A stretch of DNA of 32,000 nt from Paramicrosporidium saccamoebae KSL3. Lineage: Eukaryota; Fungi; Cryptomycota. Both the position numbers and the translations under genes were made by a program. Below, piece after piece: positions 1 through 15,454 of the stretch. The DNA is taken from positions 3,164 through 35,163 of the forward strand of contig MTSL01000050.1 in assembly GCA_002794465.1 (NCBI GenBank), read 5' to 3'. Numbering within the stretch: position 1 is the stretch's first letter; each line of letters starts with the position of its first letter. Below the pieces are notes generated by a model. That model was not told where the DNA came from. It worked only from the letters and a program-made list of their open reading frames with translations, and ran no database searches.

Positions 1-3000
1 GGCGTTCATCTAGCAATGCTACTGACAATTGATGAACATCGCGTCCACAGGCAGAGGCCGCAAGCATTGTTTGACCGACGCAAATTTTGCTATCAATGAT
101 AAAGGCTTTGGTCAACTCGTTAACTCTCTGAGATTCCGAACCACTTTGTTTTGCCAGGCTATCTGTAAGTGTATTCTTTTGTTCAAGGATATCTCTTTTG
201 CGGCATAGTGCCAAGTAGGAATTTTTCATTTTCAAAAGCGCACTTGAAAATGAACGCCCGTTTTCAATCGCTCCATGAGTGATCTTGCTAAATTTTGCTA
301 AGTCTGTCTGTCGTTGTGCGTGCACCTGAAGAAGTACTCTGCAAATCCGATTTGCCCGAATACACATGACCTGCACGCCCTCTCTGGCATGAGTAACTCC
401 CAGATGGAATCTTTTAATAAATGCGACCAGATCAAAGACTTGACACCACAATTTTCGAGCTCTGTCAATTAAAATTCTTACAGTGGGCAAAAAATTTGTC
501 ACTCGATCGGAAACACAAACTAAGCGACTGCCAGTTGTTTTTCTGTTAGCTTCAATCAAACTCTGTAGAGCCTGAGTCTTTGCAAAGATCATTCCAATAA
601 TTTTGGAGACCTTGGTCATTTTTAAAGAAGTAACCTTGATAGATTGAACATTTTCAGCATTCCGAGCATTTAGGCCTTTCATCATTTCTCTACTTTTGCC
701 AACAAATTCTCGGATGCTTGTGTGATTCAGATACAGCCGGTTAACAGACATTTTAAGCGCCGTCCGATCCTTTGAGCACCTGCATTCTATGGAGGTTCTT
801 GTTTTGGACTGAATGAGCGATTGACTAGCCAGTGATTCGTTTTCTTTCTTCAGGTCTACGACCCGTCCTGAGATGTCTGAGAGAAGGACGCTCAATTTTT
901 TAAACCTGCCAGATATTAATTCAATGTGGCTTCGTAGATGTGATTCTCGGATCTTATCTTTATGCGATTGTTTCAAGTCCGTAGCAATTTTAATCCATGA
1001 TCGGTGGAACAGCACAACCCTCTCTTCGCACTGCTTGGAATTATGATGAAGCTTATCCACAAATTCCGACAAACTGTGGTGTCGACTTTTTAGTGTAGAT
1101 AAAAGCAACTTGAATGACTCGATACAGTGAGAAGAATTTCTATGCATTTGGGATAGCTCTTGAATAAGTCTCAACTGAGAATCAATCCTTGTAGCGGCCG
1201 TTTGTGTCTCATTGGATTTTAGTATAACGAGATTCCGGAGAGAATTTACCAAGGTAATTGCTTGGACGGACTGGTTTTTACAGGCCGTGACGATCACACG
1301 CGATCTAGCTAGATCAACGCTTTGTGAAGAGTTATTTTTGGTTAGACACTCATTTTTTTGCCGTAGTACATCTATCACAGAACGATAACTAGATATCAGC
1401 TCGGTGGCTTCCCGGATGCACACAGCGATATTCTTGCAGGTCGCCCGATGGCGGGACTCGCGTGCAATTACTCTATCCCCACGTCCTTCCAATTGATCCT
1501 TGCATCTTATGATTGCAGCCAGCTGATCTTTGAGTTGGTGCATTCCAGATCTGGCGGTCTGAATAAAATTAAAAGTCAGTAAGCGTCTTAGCTTGTCAGC
1601 GGCGAGCAAGTTCTCGATAGTAGTATTCTTGCTCTGCAGACTTGCAGAAAGTTGCGGTAATTTTATCAACACGTTCGAGGCCATCCTCCATCGTTTTTCA
1701 GCCGCGTCATTCTGTGCATGGTGCTCTTCTGATAACTTTTGTAAATGGCCTACGCTCGACAGTAGTCCTTTAATGACTTTTTGTGATTTTTCATCCTTAG
1801 ATCGACTCAGAGATTTTAACGCAACTAGTTTTTCAAGGTCATATTGGAGACGCTTCACAGAGCCATCTAGCAATTCCTTCCACTTAATAGAGTTTCTGGA
1901 TTCAGTTGAAGATGATATAACATCACGACGATCTGCATACTCAAGATCTCGGATCCTGGCCTCCTCGAGTGCTCTGAGTCGGCAAGTTTTTTCATCCATC
2001 TGCTTCGAATGCGCCTTGTATACCATTTTCATCGTTTGAACTAATTCTGAACACTTTAAAAGCTGCTGATACAGCATGAAATAGTTCCTTTGTGAGCGGA
2101 ACTTGCGATTTTTGCAAAATTCCTGCAGGGTCCTATATTTGTCGACCATTCCAGCCGTCGTTTGCATGAGCCGCCTTTCCCGGATAGAAATATTTGAGAC
2201 AAACAAAACATACTTGTTTCGAGACTCGAGGGCCGCAAATTGAAAGTAATCCCGCTGCTTTGTCATAGAAGCAAGACTTTTCTCCATGCGGTCTCTGTCG
2301 TAAATTGCATCGTCCAGTTCGAGTTGCAGATCGTCAATCCAATCACATGTCCGCTGATCGTCCTCTGTGTTTGATCCCGGATATTTGATTTCCTTCTGCT
2401 TTTGCAAATCAGTAAAGTCTTTGCAACATTTTGAAATCTTTTCCGCCAGAATACTTTGTCGATCACGCATCGGCGCCAGTGTCCTTAGACTGTTCGTGAT
2501 ATACGCCATTTGTCGGGCAACAAGGCTTTGAGTTTTCAGGTTGATTCGAGTTCTCGAGTTTGTTAAGCCTACTATCTTGGTCTGTGTATCTTTTAGAGAT
2601 TGTATGGCAGAAACGATGCCAGTGAGGAACTCGCGCTGACGTTGAATGCATTCTGTAGCGATTCTACTCGTAAAGTCGTCTTGAGGAGTAGTGGATTGGC
2701 TTTGGGCGGGATTCTGTGACCCACTTGCAATTTCAGGCATTTCCCTATCAGCTCTAACATAGCTGCTCCTTTCGCTTGTAGAATGCCGATATTTTCCAAG
2801 CAGGCTTCTCTGTTTGCAGAGAGACTCTCTAGACCTTTCCAATTTAGTCACCATCTGCTCGAGAAGAGCATCTCGTTGATGTAAACCTAGAGCGCAATCT
2901 TTTTGTTTAGAGTTTATGGATACCATCTCTCCCTCGAGATTTTGCACTTTCATCATGGCTTCGTCCAGTCTCTCGATAAGTTGTTGCTTTTCTTGCCGTA

Positions 3001-3523
3001 TCATTTCGTCTTTTCTGTCACCCAGTTTGTGTAGTTCCTGAATTTGCCGAGTTGCCTTCTCCAGCTCGATGTCAAGTAGCTCTTTGGAATGAAGAGACTG
3101 TTCAGCAATAATTGTATTTGCCCTCCGTTCTTGATTTATTTCTTGATGAACACTATGCATATCTTCAATGCATTTTCGGGACTTCAATAGTTGAGTTAGT
3201 AGTCTCCGATTTACAGCATCCAGACTTGAGTATTTTTCGCGATATACGGCACTTTCTGACTGATTCTCGCGAAGCTTTTGGTTGAGGTCGCCAATACGTT
3301 TCAGGTAGATGCGGCACTTTTCCAGCTCCAAAGTTAGGGTTTTGTTCATTTTGATGACCTCTGGGTAACACAAGGGCCCCTCGGCGCCGCTTGAGGGAGG
3401 ATTCCAATGTTGCTGGATTGATTGCCGGCCCTGTGGACAGTTGACAATCTTCAATACAGCCTCCTCGACGCTTTGGTCACCTGTGACGTTTATGCGATCC
3501 AAAAAGTCGGCAAATTTGAGCAT
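1..3523 (-). CDS. Large orphan coiled-coil protein, at least 1174 codons, 3'-partial (continues past position 1), no intron needed
   Basis: I translated the minus strand by hand. One frame is stop-free from ATG at 3523 (MLKFADFLDRINVTG...) to the window edge. It has E/Q/K/L/R-rich helical segments (RIGDLNQKLRENQSE; RQEKQQLIERLDEAMMKVQNLE; WIDDLQLELDDAIYDRDRMEK). It is missing from the ORF track, presumably because no stop lies in the window. I recognise no family. Confidence 0.85.
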   Translation of the reverse strand, partial: MLKFADFLDRINVTGDQSVEEAVLKIVNCPQGRQSIQQHWNPPSSGAEGPLCYPEVIKMNKTLTLELEKCRIYLKRIGDLNQKLRENQSESAVYREKYSSLDAVNRRLLTQLLKSRKCIEDMHSVHQEINQERRANTIIAEQSLHSKELLDIELEKATRQIQELHKLGDRKDEMIRQEKQQLIERLDEAMMKVQNLEGEMVSINSKQKDCALGLHQRDALLEQMVTKLERSRESLCKQRSLLGKYRHSTSERSSYVRADREMPEIASGSQNPAQSQSTTPQDDFTSRIATECIQRQREFLTGIVSAIQSLKDTQTKIVGLTNSRTRINLKTQSLVARQMAYITNSLRTLAPMRDRQSILAEKISKCCKDFTDLQKQKEIKYPGSNTEDDQRTCDWIDDLQLELDDAIYDRDRMEKSLASMTKQRDYFQFAALESRNKYVLFVSNISIRERRLMQTTAGMVDKYRTLQEFCKNRKFRSQRNYFMLYQQLLKCSELVQTMKMVYKAHSKQMDEKTCRLRALEEARIRDLEYADRRDVISSSTESRNSIKWKELLDGSVKRLQYDLEKLVALKSLSRSKDEKSQKVIKGLLSSVGHLQKLSEEHHAQNDAAEKRWRMASNVLIKLPQLSASLQSKNTTIENLLAADKLRRLLTFNFIQTARSGMHQLKDQLAAIIRCKDQLEGRGDRVIARESRHRATCKNIAVCIREATELISSYRSVIDVLRQKNECLTKNNSSQSVDLARSRVIVTACKNQSVQAITLVNSLRNLVILKSNETQTAATRIDSQLRLIQELSQMHRNSSHCIESFKLLLSTLKSRHHSLSEFVDKLHHNSKQCEERVVLFHRSWIKIATDLKQSHKDKIRESHLRSHIELISGRFKKLSVLLSDISGRVVDLKKENESLASQSLIQSKTRTSIECRCSKDRTALKMSVNRLYLNHTSIREFVGKSREMMKGLNARNAENVQSIKVTSLKMTKVSKIIGMIFAKTQALQSLIEANRKTTGSRLVCVSDRVTNFLPTVRILIDRARKLWCQVFDLVAFIKRFHLGVTHAREGVQVMCIRANRICRVLLQVHAQRQTDLAKFSKITHGAIENGRSFSSALLKMKNSYLALCRKRDILEQKNTLTDSLAKQSGSESQRVNELTKAFIIDSKICVGQTMLAASACGRDVHQLSVALLDER

Positions 3524-3764
3524 TTGTTGCTTACTTGCCTCCCCTATGGCTAAATACCTGTTACACGAGGTGTTTATATGTATACGACTTTTGATTGGAT
3601 AATCTCATGAAATGTTTCTGCATGACCTAAACCAATCAGGCTGAATGGCAAGCTAAAATTCTCGTTTTGCAAGGCTTTGCCAAGTATGTAGCCGTATTAC
3701 ACTCTGAACATTTGTATGTGCCAAAGCGGCAAGGTTATGATGGTTATGGAGAGAGTATGAATGA

Positions 3765-4219
3765 TTAAAATTTAAGAGTATTTGGTTTTGAAGACGCTGA
3801 ACTTTCGTCACTCCAAAGATGACCACAAGACGAGTTGCAGCATACAAAATACAGCGTCATTGGCGTGTCTCTTCGTCTGTCATGAGATTGAAAGAACACG
3901 GCCTCCCCGAAACTGCATTGAGGACAGGGCCGTCGCGTCGTCCTCGGTAGAGTCGGATCTGCAGACAAGCCACTTACAGCATGTGTTCTTTCTCTATACA
4001 ATTATTTTGTCACAAATGGCAAGAGGTACAGAGGCTGCGAGATAATGTTGTTGCGATATACACAGTGTTGACCAGCCTCCTCTTGATGATCACAGTTTCG
4101 GCATGCAAACAATAAAACGCGACTTGCGCGGTCTTCCTTTGGATATAACATGTTGTTACTGAGGGTTACTGGAAAACTTAAAGAAAGTACCATTCAGGAC
4201 AGAACCTAATAGTAGACAT
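3765..4219 (-). CDS. RPB9: RNA polymerase II subunit RPB9 (128 aa, 3 exons)
   Basis: Exons 4219-4191, 4158-4030 and 3993-3765; introns of 32 and 36 nt. The spliced product reads [20 protein letters not shown]...ACRNCDH...DPTLPRT...CPQC...AVFFQS...[14 protein letters not shown], with both zinc ribbons. Confidence 0.97.
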
Positions 4220-6969
<2,750 letters not shown>

Positions 6970-7083
6970 ATAAATGGCATTCAGCCAATAATATCTGATC
7001 GGCTGTCTATCCTTTTCTGGAAGGATTGGATTGGTCTCTGCCCAACAGCCCAGGTTGAAAGCAGAGGAATGGTCCATTCTCAG

Positions 7084-9557
<2,474 letters not shown>

Positions 9558-9640
9558 GAATCGGAATGACCAAAAATAATAGGCCAAGATATTTGTTGAC
9601 AATAGTAAAAATGGGCTAAGTGTAAGAGAGTGTATATAGG

Positions 9641-9847
9641 TGCGACGTAGAAGACTAATTAGCATGTCCTGTGGAAATAGTTCCCTAGTCTGGAGAAGAC
9701 GTATCTGTGCCAGAATGGATCGCTTTTCTGGGTATTTGAGGACAATAAGATGTGTATCCATACTGTTACGGGATTAGCAGTAAACAAGCCCCTTTCCCAT
9801 TTCTTCTCGCCTGACAAAGTCCGTGGTATTATCCTCACTACGCGACA
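9641..9847 (+). repeat. Dispersed intergenic repeat, copy 1 (207 bp, TG...CA ends, flanked by TAGG on both sides)
   Basis: About 85% identical by hand alignment to 12329-12530. It shares blocks with 16985-17101 on the opposite strand. TAGG occurs at 9637-9640 and 9848-9851. Confidence 0.9.
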
Positions 9848-10140
9848 TAGGAATCAAGGACCCCAACAAAGGGTCTACTACTAGACAGTATGCACTTATA
9901 ATTGACAGCCTCAATACATATCTCATAATCCTGGTAGGTATCTCACAATCCATCCAAACAACCATGTTATACTACAATCCAGATAACTATGCTATCCCAT
10001 AAGTTCTAACAAGGACATTTTCTCCGCTTATCAACAAAGTCTCCATTACAAGCTTCACGAGGAATTTCAATAAAAGGTATCGGCCTTAATTTTTGCAGGC
10101 TTTTATTGCAAGGGCACCATTCGGGCCTGACCATTAGCGG

Positions 10141-12225
10141 ATGCAACTAGCATTGCTCTGCATAGGCCTATGCATTTGGGCCATTGCCCTGTACACTCAC
10201 CTAAGACGAGAGCAGAGTAATCCTCTAAAGTCATTTATCGGGTGGCTGCGGGAAGATGCGAGTCTTGGTCACTATGCCGAATTCAATTCCAAATTGACAC
10301 CCGGAAAGACCACGGATCATCTCTTTTGGTTTGTGCAGGTTTCTGATATCCATGTCAACCATTTTGGACACGGATTTGGTTCGGAGCATTTGGAATACTT
10401 TCTCCGAGAGACGCTCCCTATTATATCGCCCCTTTTTGTCGTCGCTACAGGAGATTTGACTGACGCAAAGGATAGTCCTGGTTTGGGTTCAAAGCAGCAT
10501 AGGGTGGAATGGGAGACGTATCAAAAATTGCTTCAACGTTCAGGCGTCTATGACCGTCCCAACTTTTGGTTTGACATTCGCGGAAATCACGACTGCTTCG
10601 ACGTGCCAGGATGGTCCAGCGCCCAGAACCTATTCTCTCACTATTCGAAAATGAAATCCTCAAGTTATAGTCATATTTTCAAATTGCCGTTCGGCAAGTA
10701 TGGTCTTATCGCAGTGGACGGATGTCCCGAATATGGACCGTCTCGCCCGTTCAATTTTTTTGGAGCTCTTACGACAAACAAAATGGATGTCCTCGAGCAA
10801 CAACTGAATGAAATGAAGGCCGAAGACGTCAGACATACCTTTGTCATTAGCCATTATCCTATCGTAACCATGCAGTTTCAGAAAACGACTTCCGGGAGAT
10901 CATTCGCTGAACTGAGTTCTCAAGTAACAGCGTATTTGTCTGGTCACCTTCATCGGATCGTCGCTGGTCTAGGGCGTGAGATTTATGCGCGTCAAGGCAG
11001 CGGGTTTTTGGACTTGGAAGTGAATGACTTGAAAGACCATCGCATAATACGGATCGCTGCTGTAGACCATGATGTTTTTTCTTTTATTGATGTGGAGGTT
11101 GATGCGACGCCAATGATTTTAATCACCAATCCACCCAGCTCAAAGTTCCTAGTCCCCAGACACGAAGATGTAAGGACTGCACACAGATCGACGCACTTTC
11201 GTGCCTTGATATTTAGCAAAGACAAGATTGTCTCAAACTGGATGTCGGTTGACGATGGCCCACAAGTTCCACTTTTAAGAGTCTCTCCTGAGGCTCCTCT
11301 CTATGTTGCCGAGTGGGATCCATCTCAAATCGGTCCCGGAAGTCACAAAGTTACTGTTTTTGCAAAGAACTCTAGAGGCCAAACGCAAACAGTGACTCAG
11401 CCATTTTCTTTAGATGGCACAGAAACTCGAATTGGCAGCTTTGGTGAGTGGTTGTGCTTGTTAAACTTTGAAGGATTGGTAAAAGGACTTTACTGGTCCT
11501 CTTATATGGCGCTCCTTTTTGGGTTTTTGGTTGTGCCCTATTTATGGACCACTTACAAGATTAAACGCGGCACTTGGTCTTCTTGGAAACATTCCTCAAT
11601 CAAAAGCGTCCGGGATACTCGTACATCTCTGGCTTCCATGCATTGCTTTGGGTTCCTGTCGAGATGGCCCATGTGGGCCCTGTCAAGCCTGTGGCTTCGC
11701 CTATGCATGTCTTCACAGGACGTCTGGACATTTTGGCCCTTCTTGCTTTATACTTTGTATGCTCCGATTGGACCATTGGTAGTGGCCTGTTTGGGTTCCA
11801 CAGATCTCAAGTCATCTTTATTCTTTCCATGGGGGATTTGGTTATCCGATTTCGGCTGGACAAGACTACTGGATACTTGGACATATTCTGCCTTTTCCAT
11901 GGCTTTCCAAGTCGTGCCCTCGTATATTCTTGCGAGTCTTTTGTGGACCGGACCCGAGTTGTACTGGCAATGCCATAGAATACCTTCATCATCTGATCAT
12001 CTACATCCTATTGCTATCCGCCCCTACCACTGCAGAGCTTGGTTCCGTGTCCTGGGAGTTCTTTGGTGGGTACTCTGTGCCTTTAAATGCGGAACCTTGG
12101 TCAGGACTTATGGCTGGATGGCTCTAATGTTTGGATTTGGGTTTTCTTGGCATCTTATTTTCGTCACCGTTAGCATGATTTTTGCCCTCCGATCATCTCG
12201 CATGAAATTTAAAAAATACACATAA
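10141..12225 (+). CDS. TMEM62-like calcineurin-type metallophosphoesterase with C-terminal membrane domain (694 aa, intronless)
   Basis: N-terminal hydrophobic segment, then motifs SDIH, TGDLTD, RGNHD, SHYP and SGHLH, then several Trp/Phe/Leu-rich transmembrane stretches. This architecture matches the TMEM62 family. Confidence 0.82.
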   Translation: MQLALLCIGLCIWAIALYTHLRREQSNPLKSFIGWLREDASLGHYAEFNSKLTPGKTTDHLFWFVQVSDIHVNHFGHGFGSEHLEYFLRETLPIISPLFVVATGDLTDAKDSPGLGSKQHRVEWETYQKLLQRSGVYDRPNFWFDIRGNHDCFDVPGWSSAQNLFSHYSKMKSSSYSHIFKLPFGKYGLIAVDGCPEYGPSRPFNFFGALTTNKMDVLEQQLNEMKAEDVRHTFVISHYPIVTMQFQKTTSGRSFAELSSQVTAYLSGHLHRIVAGLGREIYARQGSGFLDLEVNDLKDHRIIRIAAVDHDVFSFIDVEVDATPMILITNPPSSKFLVPRHEDVRTAHRSTHFRALIFSKDKIVSNWMSVDDGPQVPLLRVSPEAPLYVAEWDPSQIGPGSHKVTVFAKNSRGQTQTVTQPFSLDGTETRIGSFGEWLCLLNFEGLVKGLYWSSYMALLFGFLVVPYLWTTYKIKRGTWSSWKHSSIKSVRDTRTSLASMHCFGFLSRWPMWALSSLWLRLCMSSQDVWTFWPFLLYTLYAPIGPLVVACLGSTDLKSSLFFPWGIWLSDFGWTRLLDTWTYSAFSMAFQVVPSYILASLLWTGPELYWQCHRIPSSSDHLHPIAIRPYHCRAWFRVLGVLWWVLCAFKCGTLVRTYGWMALMFGFGFSWHLIFVTVSMIFALRSSRMKFKKYT

Positions 12226-12328
12226 ATATATGAGCGAGTTGGAGAGTAGGCGACTCGAGAGCTTTGATTTGTTATATACCCACAGAAAGCAAAGTTTTTA
12301 ATAAAGGCCCTGTTAAGCAGCGTCCTCT

Positions 12329-12530
12329 TATGACGTAGAAGGCTGATTAGCATGTCTTTTGGAAATGGTTCCCTAGTTTGGAGAAGACCTAGTTGTGTGC
12401 TAGAGTGGAGCGCTTTACTGGGTATTTGAGGACAGTGAGATGTGTATCCATCCTATTATAGAATTAACAGTAAACAAACCCCCCTTTCCCGCTTGACAAA
12501 GTCTGTGGTATTACCCCCCACCACGCGACA
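12329..12530 (+). repeat. Dispersed intergenic repeat, copy 2 (about 202 bp)
   Basis: Colinear with 9641-9847. Shared blocks include GACGTAGAAG, ATTAGCATGTC, GTTCCCTAGT, TGGAGAAGAC, CTGGGTATTTGAGGACA, AGATGTGTATCCAT, CAGTAAACAA, TGACAAAGTC and ACGCGACA. Confidence 0.9.
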
Positions 12531-12652
12531 CAGAGGATGGTGACCTATAAATGCACCTTTAATGAGACCGATTCGTTCATCAATAGACTCTTTATTTTTG
12601 GTCCGTTGTATGCTAACTCTCACATAAGTATGATTTATTACATCGAACTAAT

Positions 12653-13720
12653 TCATTCACTGCGTGGAATCGTTTCATTCTTAACTGGAAGATCCATTGT
12701 GTTCTGTAGATGCCATACCTGTGGACTTCCCCCCACTGAAAATTCTAAATCCTCTGTCGTGATCGAGTCCCAGAATTTGTAGACCATCATGACGGAGAGC
12801 AATATGAACATTGATCCGAGAAACATTCCATCAACATAGTGCACTGCAAAGCGACAGATGTGATTCGAAAATGCGAAAATGCAGGTTATTCCCATTCCAA
12901 AGAACATGAGTCCGAAGAAAATGTCACCAATCGGCCAGCGATCATGAAGAGTGTTAAGGACGAGAAAGATTTGAAGGATGACGTACAGCGCCAAGCAGGC
13001 CCCATTGAAGATGAACATGAGAATGTACAAGATCAGAGGGTTGTTGGGGTTCATTCCAGCTACTCCAAGGAAGGTTGCAATGGCAATAAAATACGCACCG
13101 CCTGCAAACAACAGCGACGCCATCCTAAAACTCTGCAAAATGAGTTACCATGACGCAATTCCATACCCAGACGCTGGCTTTTGTTCCGTCTTCGGCCCAT
13201 TGAAATCCAACGAATCCGTTCAACAGCAGGATTGAGAACGAGGCGGTAACAGCTGCTACATGTCCGGCTGCAAAGAACTAGAATAATTACATGTGGCCAC
13301 ATAAAGATGCACCTACCTTATAGAAGCCTACGGATATGGGGATAATATTTGTTGCCAATAAAAGTTCGAGCGTTACGGAAGCAGCATACAGATAGAAAAA
13401 TATGACCATCTCTTTGCGACCTACGCATATCAATTACAGTGTGCCTCCATACCCACTGCAGTATACTTGCTTTTGATGTGCATAATCATAATCAAGGTCA
13501 TCAGGAGGGCACAGACATCAACTGCCAACACGGCTAGGACTATTTAGCATTTGGACCAAAGGCAAATACATGGTTGGAATAGCAGAAAGTTTCTAATGCC
13601 GATATTTCGAGAATAACATTGAGGGTCGCCTAGGCCCAATGCTGGGCAGACTGTAAGAGAGGCTCGGTTGCAAATCCAAGCAAAGTCTCCAAAGCGGAAG
13701 CTGGGCGGGCTAGCAGCCAT
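12653..13720 (-). CDS. CHS7: Chitin synthase export chaperone Chs7 (about 308 aa, 5 exons)
   Basis: Introns 13569-13534 (or an alternative acceptor at 13540), 13452-13421, 13316-13278 and 13166-13133. The spliced product has FGDF..IC...PQCYSRNI, HIKSKYTAVGRKEM, LLLNGFVGFQWAEDGT, LHDRWPIGD, HYVDGMF and VYKFWDSITTEDLEFSVG, which are Chs7 family signatures. Confidence 0.93.
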
Positions 13721-14217
13721 GACAACTTGCAATTAGTGCTACAGATGGTGTAAACACTACACAAGTTGAGCCGCAGATTAGCTACAACCGACAGCCAATC
13801 ACAAACTGCCCGAGTCATATATGTTGCGTGGGTGGGGTAAGACGGCATACTTTGTTAAGGGGGGAGAGAGAGAGTTCGTTTATCATCGGTTAGAATATAC
13901 TTTTATAGTTTCCCTAGTCCTATTATCAGTGATACGTGAAGAGTCAATCCACCACATCACGCAAGTATAGCACACATAGCGTAACACTTCCCAAGCGGCA
14001 GTTTAATGACGTGTACCAAGCACACTTGTTGATTTTTTTTACAAAAGGATGGTCAGTCAGGGAATAGTAGTGTTTTCATTAGAATATGCTCTGTGCATAG
14101 CTTCTAAAGTAGCAAATATATTCTTGCATCATACTGACAAGAACCCCCGGTGCATTCGGTTGTTTTATAGGGTCGGATTAGAAAAAATTTCATGGGATTC
14201 TAAACATTCTATAACTA

Positions 14218-15292
14218 TCACTCTATACCGCTACCTGGCTTCTTCATACTAGACTCTTTCATATATTCGTATCCAATAAAGGCTACCGAGGATACCGGTA
14301 CCCTTATTAGCAGTCGCGGCTTTAATCCTTTGTACAAGCCGGCAATCCCTTCCTTGACAAAGACCTCTCTCAGTAATTTCCAGTAGCCGCTCGACAAGGC
14401 CCGCTTATCGGTTCTTTCATTGACTTCCAACAGTTGAAGTCGCGTTTTGGCGACCTCCAGCGGATTCACTGCCACATAGCCGGCCGCTCCAGCAAATCCT
14501 CCGCTAACAAGGTGGGCCATAATCTTCAGACTGCCACCTTGATGATAACTTCCGGCATCTGAGACGTGGAATCCAGCCCACCGGTAGGCTTTAAAGATCA
14601 CTGACTTGCATGCCTCGTAGCTGGCCCACCAAACGGCCGATCCGGGCCCGTAAACCAATATGTAGGGTCCAAATCCACGGTAGAATCCCTTAACGCCCTC
14701 GGTCTGATAAATATGGCTGCAGATTCGGGATCCAGATGAGTTTATAGCCGAGTGGTGAGAGCTCATGGCCGATTGCACTTGAAGACGCTGAGTAACGATA
14801 TCAGTAGGCAGATAGGTTAGAGCTGCAGTGGCCTCAGACACGACTCCAGCGGTTGCATTTGACATGAATCCTACCAGTCAGATGGCTCCACCTACAAATA
14901 CCTAGGAAAGATGCCAGCCTAGGAGACGAATCTTTGGGTATTAACTTTCGAAGTTGCTCGTTTGTATATTCGTAGGAGGAATAGTATAGAAACTGACCTG
15001 GGAAGTGACCAATTGCATTGACACTGAATCCGCGGAAGAGACCTGTGGGTGTCAGAATTTATGCACGCTGCCTACCTCGGACTCCTTCACGTCGGAAAAT
15101 GTCCATAAGTAGTCGCCGCACACGAACCCGCCCTTGGTCCAATTTGTCAGCCTGTAGCCTCGTGGCTAGGAGGTCGGATGGATATAGAAGGAGGTCTACT
15201 GCGAGGACGTACATGGTGCTGTTTATCAAAAACGAAGAGCTATCCAAATCGCTCCATGTGAGGGAGTGCTTAGGATAGTGTTCATTCTCCAT
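14218..15292 (-). CDS. Mitochondrial carrier (SLC25 family, SLC25A44-like; about 336 aa, 3 exons)
   Basis: Introns 15075-15043 and 14901-14871. Three carrier repeats (YPSDLLATRLQ, LPTDIVTQRLQ, NPLEVAKTRLQ), each followed by EG..GL/FY(R/K)G. The subfamily assignment is tentative. Confidence 0.88.
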
Positions 15293-15454
15293 GCTCCCGG
15301 TGAACCGAAGAATCCCTGGGATGCGCCTGCGTCAACTTGGGTTGCTACACTTGTTGTTTAATAAATGTTCATCTTTCTGATCTTACACCTCATTTCGCGA
15401 ATAGGTTTGGGATGAATTACTGCACGAATCCCCGGCGGTGGTAGAAAACTTGCA

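Noticed and set aside
1593-2039. 148-aa plus-strand ORF and the other short ORFs in 1593-3407
   Set aside because: They are antisense or alternate-frame shadows of the long minus-strand coiled-coil ORF.
9651-9670. ATTAGCATG in the repeat resembles part of U6 snRNA, and ACA near the 3' end resembles an H/ACA box
   Set aside because: The U6 match is only 9 nt with no ACAGAGA context. The candidate H box (ACAATA) and the TACTGTTA/TAGCAGTA stem in copy 1 are not preserved in copy 2.
10076-10098. AATTTTTG (Sm-site-like) within a GT...AG 22-mer upstream of the TMEM62-like gene
   Set aside because: No snRNA body is recognisable around it. As an intron it would be shorter than any supported one, and no upstream exon is needed.
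13861-13873. Short GA microsatellite upstream of CHS7
   Set aside because: It is too short to be informative.
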